Part shown: positions 58,927 through 64,000 of the stretch, in pieces
Position numbering within the stretch: the stretch's first letter is position 1
How the letters are laid out: every line of letters starts with the position of its first letter
Assembly: GCA_947594425.1 (NCBI GenBank)
Contig: CANQED010000002.1
Location: 62,364-126,363, forward strand
Length of the DNA stretch: 64,000 nucleotides
Reading direction: 5' to 3'
Origin: an uncultured Ruminiclostridium sp.
GTDB lineage: Bacteria > Bacillota > Clostridia > Oscillospirales > Ruminococcaceae
Made by a program: the position numbers and the translations under genes
The notes under the pieces: generated by a model
Databases searched by the model: none
Seen by the model: the letters and a program-made list of their open reading frames with translations, nothing else
What the model was told of the DNA's origin: nothing

Positions 58927-60493
58927 TGTCATAGCCGTCCACCCCTTTCCTGAAAAGCTTGCACGAGAACTTGTAGGAAAGATAGTATATCGCCACACAC
59001 AATATCAGAGCAAAACCGATACAGAGCATCATATTATCGCTGATTTTTCCGCCCATTACTTCGGAAAACCACTTCATAAGTTCATCCTTTACAGGGTTTG
59101 GCAGATTTTCCAATGAGATCACCAGTATAGTTGAGATACCGAGCATAAGCGCCGTCTTGATATAGCTGCCCTTTTTCTGCCCGAAACGGATCATAAAAGG
59201 GATATCCAAAGCACATATTGCCAGCAGCAGGAAAAAGATCGCAAGGTAAAGATTGTTTAGATTTGAGTTTTCTTCTCCTGTTATTACATGGTACAGCGTA
59301 TCATAAATGCCGCCGGCAAATATTGAGCTTGCCATGAACAGCCCGTTCATTGCAAAGGCTAAGAAGTATTTGTAATATATACTCCCCCTTACCCCCTGCG
59401 GCGTGCTTACTATGAAATACGCATAGAGCTTGCGGTCATCTCCGCCGAAAATGCCTGCGATCAGACTGCTTGCGACATATGCTCCTATGGCGATCATCAG
59501 AAAACGAAATATCACGTTTTCGCCGTCGGCGAGAACATCGGAAAAGGCAGGCTTATTTTCACCGGTGACTGCCATCAAATACAGTATCATGTAATTGAAC
59601 ACCAGCAGGATAAGAGGCAGCAGGGTGGTCAGGATAATACATGACCGGTTCTGCTTCAGTTCCTTATACAAAAATCCTGTAGGATAGTTGTGGGTGTCGG
59701 AGAGTGTCCCCTTTTCCTGTATCTGTGCTTTGGTATTGTCTTTACCTTTCGAATATGCCGACCGCATACAGCTTTTTATCACGAGATAATCCGCAAAAAG
59801 CAGCACTATACAAAGAGGTATTAGCCAAATGAGCATTTTGCCGTTCAGTGTATCAAGCAGCTTATACAAGGGAAAGCTTTCAAAAGAAAAAAGAATATCC
59901 TTTATCTTGCCGAAAAATATCGCCCCGATAACTATTATGACACCCAACGTACCAAGTCCGAGCCGCTGCACGGAACTGTTTATCTGCGCTATGCTTCTTG
60001 AACGCAGGATAAATCTGTCGCTGACGATATTATACAGTGCGGCGGCAGCGAAAATTATTGCATATATGCTTACGAACGACAGGGAAAATCCGATCCCTCC
60101 TACAGCACAGTATACCGCCGTAAAGCCCAGTCCTGCCGCCATAAGCGGGAGCGTCAGACCGCAGTTGACGGTCAGCGTTATGAGCGCACGGTCTTTCGGC
60201 TCGATAGGCAGGGTATAGGAATATGTGAGCCAGTTGGTATTTATGTCTTGTTTCAATATATCCGTATGCATATTCCCCGACAAAACAGCTACTGCGCCAA
60301 GGGAGAGTGAAGCGCTGACTATCAGAGAGATAACACTTGTTTCGTTCAATTCCGGGTCTGATGCTGTTATGCTGATACCAACAGCAAAAAACAGTCCGAA
60401 TATGGTCAATAAGACAGCTTTTATAATAATATTTTTTCGGGAAGCACGCAGTTCACGGAAAAGCAGGGACTTGAATTTTGCCATTACTGCCAC
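58922..60493 (-). CDS. ABC-2-type transporter permease (large, about 12 TM)
   Basis: 523-aa highly hydrophobic protein. It overlaps the ATPase gene by 10 nt and shows a GntR-ATPase-permease operon layout. Confidence 0.7.
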   Translation of the reverse strand: MAVMAKFKSLLFRELRASRKNIIIKAVLLTIFGLFFAVGISITASDPELNETSVISLIVSASLSLGAVAVLSGNMHTDILKQDINTNWLTYSYTLPIEPKDRALITLTVNCGLTLPLMAAGLGFTAVYCAVGGIGFSLSFVSIYAIIFAAAALYNIVSDRFILRSRSIAQINSSVQRLGLGTLGVIIVIGAIFFGKIKDILFSFESFPLYKLLDTLNGKMLIWLIPLCIVLLFADYLVIKSCMRSAYSKGKDNTKAQIQEKGTLSDTHNYPTGFLYKELKQNRSCIILTTLLPLILLVFNYMILYLMAVTGENKPAFSDVLADGENVIFRFLMIAIGAYVASSLIAGIFGGDDRKLYAYFIVSTPQGVRGSIYYKYFLAFAMNGLFMASSIFAGGIYDTLYHVITGEENSNLNNLYLAIFFLLLAICALDIPFMIRFGQKKGSYIKTALMLGISTILVISLENLPNPVKDELMKWFSEVMGGKISDNMMLCIGFALILCVAIYYLSYKFSCKLFRKGVDGYDK

Positions 60494-61371
60494 TCCCTTT
60501 CTTCTTTGTGAACATAGTAGAGCGTGATGTCGTCAAGGCTTGCGGGGTCGACAGGATATTGCTTATACTTATAGGCACTGTTCTCCCTGTCGCAAAGCAT
60601 GACCTCTGCGCCGAAATTATTTAACCGCACGCTTACGATATCGCCGCTGTCGATTTCATTCACCTGTTCCTTACTGCATTTAAGGATACCGTGTTTTTCG
60701 ATAAGCTCGTCTTTATAGCCCGTGAGCAAGATCTTTCCTTTGTCTATGAATGTCACCATATCGGCGATTTTTTCAAGGTCGCTTGTAATGTGCGAGGACA
60801 TCAGGATAGAACGCTCACCGTTTTGCAGATACTCCTGGAAAATATGGAGAATTTCGTCACGCACCACCGGATCAAGACCCGTGGTCGCCTCGTCCATTAT
60901 CAGCAGCTCGGCATTATGGGAAAGGGCGCAGGCGATCTGCAATTTCATCTTCATACCCTTTGAGAATTGCCCTATCTTCTTTTTCAGCGGCAGCCCGAAG
61001 CGTTTGATATACTGTTGATAGACAGAATTATCCCATTCCTCATAAAGCCCCTCGAATATGCGTGCCATGTCCTTTGCGCTAAAGACATCATGGAACGGCA
61101 GCTCGTCAAACACCACAGCGATGTGATTCTTTATCTCCTTTTCATGCTGCAGATGGTCAAGCCCTAACAGACTAATCTCGCCTTCATCTATATTTGTGAT
61201 GTTCAATATACTGCGGATAGTGGTGGTCTTACCTGCACCGTTCTGCCCGATAAAGCCCATGATACAGCCTTTTGGCACGCTGAAGCTCACTCTGTCAAGG
61301 GTAAAGCCCTCATAGCGCTTTGTAACGCCTTTTATCTCAATAGCATTTTCGTATTCGGTCATGTTAGTCAC
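60484..61371 (-). CDS. ABC transporter ATP-binding protein
   Basis: Walker A GQNGAGKTT, signature-like FSKGMKMK and Walker B LLIMDEATTGLD. Confidence 0.92.
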   Translation of the reverse strand: MTNMTEYENAIEIKGVTKRYEGFTLDRVSFSVPKGCIMGFIGQNGAGKTTTIRSILNITNIDEGEISLLGLDHLQHEKEIKNHIAVVFDELPFHDVFSAKDMARIFEGLYEEWDNSVYQQYIKRFGLPLKKKIGQFSKGMKMKLQIACALSHNAELLIMDEATTGLDPVVRDEILHIFQEYLQNGERSILMSSHITSDLEKIADMVTFIDKGKILLTGYKDELIEKHGILKCSKEQVNEIDSGDIVSVRLNNFGAEVMLCDRENSAYKYKQYPVDPASLDDITLYYVHKEEREWQ

Positions 61372-61738
61372 CTCCGTTTACAAGGTCGAGAAGTTCGTGA
61401 AGCTCCTCCATAGTAACGCCCGCCTTGCGTGCCGCGTCACCTGCCTTTATTAGCAGAGACTCGATATGCTTTAGCTGTTCTTCACGATAGATCTCTAAAT
61501 TCTGTGCCTTGACGAACGAGCCTTTGCCGGTATAGCTTTCGATAAACCCGTCACGCTCCAGTTCCTCATAGGCACGTTTTGTGGTCATAAAGCTGATACG
61601 GAGTTCTGTGGCAAGCACGCGCATAGAGGGCAGCATTTCGCCCTCTTTCAGCTTTCCCTCCATTATCATAGTCTTGATTTGGTTTGCGATCTGTAAATAG
61701 ATCGGTTCGCCGTTTGAATTGCTGATGTTGATATTCAT
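61364..61738 (-). CDS. GntR-family (YtrA-like, short) transcriptional regulator
   Basis: ATG 61738 follows AAGGAG. The wHTH reads LPSMRVLATELRISFMTTKRAYEELERDGFIES. The track's longer start would run through the promoter. Confidence 0.85.
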   Translation of the reverse strand: MNINISNSNGEPIYLQIANQIKTMIMEGKLKEGEMLPSMRVLATELRISFMTTKRAYEELERDGFIESYTGKGSFVKAQNLEIYREEQLKHIESLLIKAGDAARKAGVTMEELHELLDLVNGGD

Positions 61739-61823
61739 TAAGTGTACACTCCTTGAAGATATCCGGCTCTCTAAGCATTTGCAACTACCGAGAAAGTCAA
61801 ATTGTATAGCCTCAATATATACA

Positions 61824-61852
61824 ATTATAGCGGAAGAGTTACAAAATGTCAA
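61824..61852 (-). promoter_or_regulatory. Sigma-70-type promoter of the GntR-ABC operon
   Basis: Minus strand reads TTGACA (61852-61847), 17 nt, TATAAT (61829-61824). Confidence 0.6.
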
Positions 61853-61917
61853 GGGGTTTTGAAAAAAATTTTATTAGCTGTGTTTTTTGCAGTAGATGTG
61901 AGGCAATTTGTTTGCTG

Positions 61918-62040
61918 TAATTTTCACTATTTTTCTCGCTGCTTTCGGATTGCACGTTTTCACAAATGTCACTCTATGAGTGCGCAGACGGCGTAAATTT
62001 TCCCAAAAAAAGAAAGCCCAACATAACGTTGAGCTTGCAA
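61918..62040. repeat. About 125-nt intergenic repeat, copy B (the partner is at 40618-40741)
   Basis: See copy A. It includes the glyQS terminator hairpin plus about 90 nt of conserved downstream sequence. Confidence 0.7.
62004..62036 (-). terminator. Rho-independent terminator of glyQS
   Basis: Minus strand reads AAGCTCAAC-GTTAT-GTTGGGCTT followed by TCTTTTTTT. Confidence 0.8.
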
Positions 62041-62056
62041 TTTATCAGTGTATCGA

Positions 62057-63436
62057 TCAGAAACTTATCTTATCCGAGATATAATCCTTTACCTTATCCA
62101 TAGGTATTCTCTCCTGCTGCATACTGTCGCGGTCGCGGACGGTAACACAGCCGTCGCTCTCGCTGTCAAAGTCGTAGGTCACGCAATACGGCGTACCGAC
62201 CTCGTCTTGGCGGCGATAGCGCTTTCCGATAGAGCCTGTCACGTCATAGTCGGTCATAAAGGACTTAGACAGGTCGGCGCACAGCTTTTCGGCGCCGTCG
62301 GACAGCTTTTTGGAGAGCGGGAGCACAGCAGCCTTATACGGAGCTATCGCGGGGCTGAGATGGAGTACCGTCCTGACGTCGTTCTTCTCGGCGTCGATGA
62401 CCTCTTCGTCGTATGCCTCGCACAGCAGAGCGAGCACCGTTCTGTCAAGCCCGTAGGTCGACTCTATGATATAGGGGATAAACTTCTCGTTTGTGTCGGG
62501 ATCGAGGTATTCCTGCTTTGTGCCGCTGTACTCCTGATGTCTTGTCAGGTCAAAATCGGTGCGGTTATGCGTGCCGTTTATTTCGCCCCAGCCGAACGGG
62601 AACAAGAACTCTATATCGCAGGCTGCCTTTGCATAGTGCGCGAGCTTCTCGTGGTCGTGGAACCTTAAATGCTCCTCCGGTATCCCGAGATCCTTAAAGT
62701 AATTAAGTCCGTACTGCTTAAAATAATCATACAGCCCGGTATCGTCGCCCTCTTTGCAGAATGTCTGGAACTCCATCTGCTCAAATTCTATCGTGCGGAA
62801 AGTAAAGTTGCCGGGGGTTATCTCGTTTCTGAACGCCTTGCCTATCTGCCCTATAGAGAAAGGCAGCTTTGCGCGCATGGTGCGCTGGACGTTGAGGAAA
62901 TTAACATACTCGCCCTGCGCGTTCTCGGGTCTGAGATAGATAACGCTCTTTGAGTCGTTGGTCACTCCGCGGAATGTCTGGAACATAAGGTTGAACTCGC
63001 GTATCTCGGTAAAGTTATGCTTGCCGCAGTGGGGGCAGGGTATCGAGTGCGCCTTAATGTACTCGAACATCTCTTCCTTAGTCATGCCGTCGGCGTGAGC
63101 GTTAGGGTCAAAGTCGTCGATAAGGTTATCGGCGCGATGACGCATTTTGCACTCTTTACAGTCGAGCAAAGGATCGGAGAAGCTGGCGACGTGTCCGCTC
63201 GCCTCCCACACCCTCGGGTTCATAAGAATATCCGCGTCCACCTCGTAGCTGTTGGGGCGCTCTTGTATAAAACGCTTGCGCCAAGTGTCCTTGACGTTAT
63301 TCTTCAGCCTTGCGCCGAGCGGGCCGTAATCCCACGTATTCGCAAGTCCGCCGTAAATTTCACTGCCGGGAAAGATAAAGCCTCTGTTTTTGCACAGAGT
63401 GGTTATTTTCTCCATTGATTTCTCGGTGTTGTTCAT
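62057..63436 (-). CDS. glyQS: Glycine--tRNA ligase (dimeric class II GlyQS type)
   Basis: 459 aa with RGFIFPGSEIYGGLANTWDYGPLG and class II core motifs. Confidence 0.95.
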   Translation of the reverse strand: MNNTEKSMEKITTLCKNRGFIFPGSEIYGGLANTWDYGPLGARLKNNVKDTWRKRFIQERPNSYEVDADILMNPRVWEASGHVASFSDPLLDCKECKMRHRADNLIDDFDPNAHADGMTKEEMFEYIKAHSIPCPHCGKHNFTEIREFNLMFQTFRGVTNDSKSVIYLRPENAQGEYVNFLNVQRTMRAKLPFSIGQIGKAFRNEITPGNFTFRTIEFEQMEFQTFCKEGDDTGLYDYFKQYGLNYFKDLGIPEEHLRFHDHEKLAHYAKAACDIEFLFPFGWGEINGTHNRTDFDLTRHQEYSGTKQEYLDPDTNEKFIPYIIESTYGLDRTVLALLCEAYDEEVIDAEKNDVRTVLHLSPAIAPYKAAVLPLSKKLSDGAEKLCADLSKSFMTDYDVTGSIGKRYRRQDEVGTPYCVTYDFDSESDGCVTVRDRDSMQQERIPMDKVKDYISDKISF

Positions 63437-63505
63437 AAAAAAATTCCTTTCGGTAAAAATAGGGTGATACTGATACCGCCGGCGCTCTCACGTCGGCGGA
63501 AAAAA

Positions 63506-64000
63506 TCACAGCTTTTCTATCCAGCCCATATCGTCGGGCAGCTTTCCGTACTGCATACCCGTCATGGTGTCGTAAAGTCTTTGAGAGATATCGCCTATCT
63601 TGTTGCCGTTTATCTCCATTACCTTATCGCCCCACTTAAGATGGCCTACGGGTGAAATAACGGCGGCGGTGCCGGTGCCGAATACCTCGTCGAGCTTTCC
63701 TGCGTCGTATGCGTCGGCTATCTCTTGGATGGTTATGCGGCGCTCGGTGACCTTAAGCCCCCACTTTTCGCAAAGAGCGATAGCGGACTTTCTGGTAATG
63801 CCCGAGAGGATAGAGCCCTGCAGCATGGGAGTAACTACCTCGCCGTCGATAACGAAAAATATATTCATCGCGCCGACCTCTTCTATATACTTTCTCTCCA
63901 CGCCGTCGAGCCATAAAACCTGCGAATAATCCTGCTTGTGCGCCTCGTCCTGACCCGCGAGCGACGCTGCATAGTTGCCGCCCGTCTTGGTAAAGCCCAT
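63506..64000 (-). CDS. ilvE: Branched-chain amino acid aminotransferase, C-terminal part (the 5' end is outside the window)
   Basis: [30 protein letters not shown] and [12 protein letters not shown]. The ATG at the window edge is coincidental. Confidence 0.85.
   Translation of the reverse strand: MGFTKTGGNYAASLAGQDEAHKQDYSQVLWLDGVERKYIEEVGAMNIFFVIDGEVVTPMLQGSILSGITRKSAIALCEKWGLKVTERRITIQEIADAYDAGKLDEVFGTGTAAVISPVGHLKWGDKVMEINGNKIGDISQRLYDTMTGMQYGKLPDDMGWIEKL

Noticed and set aside
63437-63505. Expected T-box riboswitch leader upstream of glyQS.
   Set aside because: Only 69 nt separate the ilvE stop from the glyQS ATG. I found no specifier loop or T-box sequence, only one imperfect hairpin (CCGCCGACG..CGCCGGCGG). 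glyQS here appears to lack a T-box or to be read through from ilvE.
63998-64000. ATG at the window edge as the ilvE start codon.
   Set aside because: The translated segment begins in the middle of the conserved aminotransferase class IV fold ([11 protein letters not shown]). The true N-terminus must lie beyond position 64000.

Overview
This is a 64-kb chromosomal segment of a Firmicutes/Clostridia-type genome. That placement is inferred from gene content, synteny, AGGAGG ribosome-binding sites and TTGACA-N17-TATAAT promoters. Almost everything is on the minus strand. About two thirds is ordinary housekeeping. 1-14.1 kb holds a partial HAD hydrolase, rluD-lspA, divIVA-ylmH-sepF-yggS, an HlyD-like gene, and hfq-miaA-mutL-mutS-ylbF-like-miaB. 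22.3-37 kb holds mreB-cca, then tuf-fusA-rpsG-rpsL-rpoC-rpoB. 51.3-51.7 kb holds a four-gene tRNA cluster (Val-Asp-Phe-Gly). 62-64 kb holds glyQS and a partial ilvE. The following non-ordinary content is interleaved with this. (1) A single ORF fuses a TetM/EF-G-like translational GTPase to a YacP/Rae1-type NYN RNase domain (14267-16855). (2) Four secreted proteins share a near-identical triple FN3 module, with conserved promoters, leaders and 3' flanks; heads are BspA-type LRR, a beta-propeller-like domain, or a 24-Cys DnaJ-like CxxCxGxG domain. (3) A seven-gene operon carries two MoxR-DUF58 modules, one with a transglutaminase membrane protein and one with a headless paralogue, separated by a DHH phosphoesterase (40797-50120). 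(4) A roughly 0.9-kb ORF-poor, GC-rich region has nested inverted repeats and G-quadruplex motifs (39.9-40.6 kb). (5) Two families of dispersed intergenic repeats are present. (6) An ECF sigma/anti-sigma pair lies divergent from a 5TM-HAMP-PP2C-HATPase fusion protein. I saw no CRISPR array, transposase, integrase or rRNA. All calls come from reading the sequence and the ORF translations; no database search was run.
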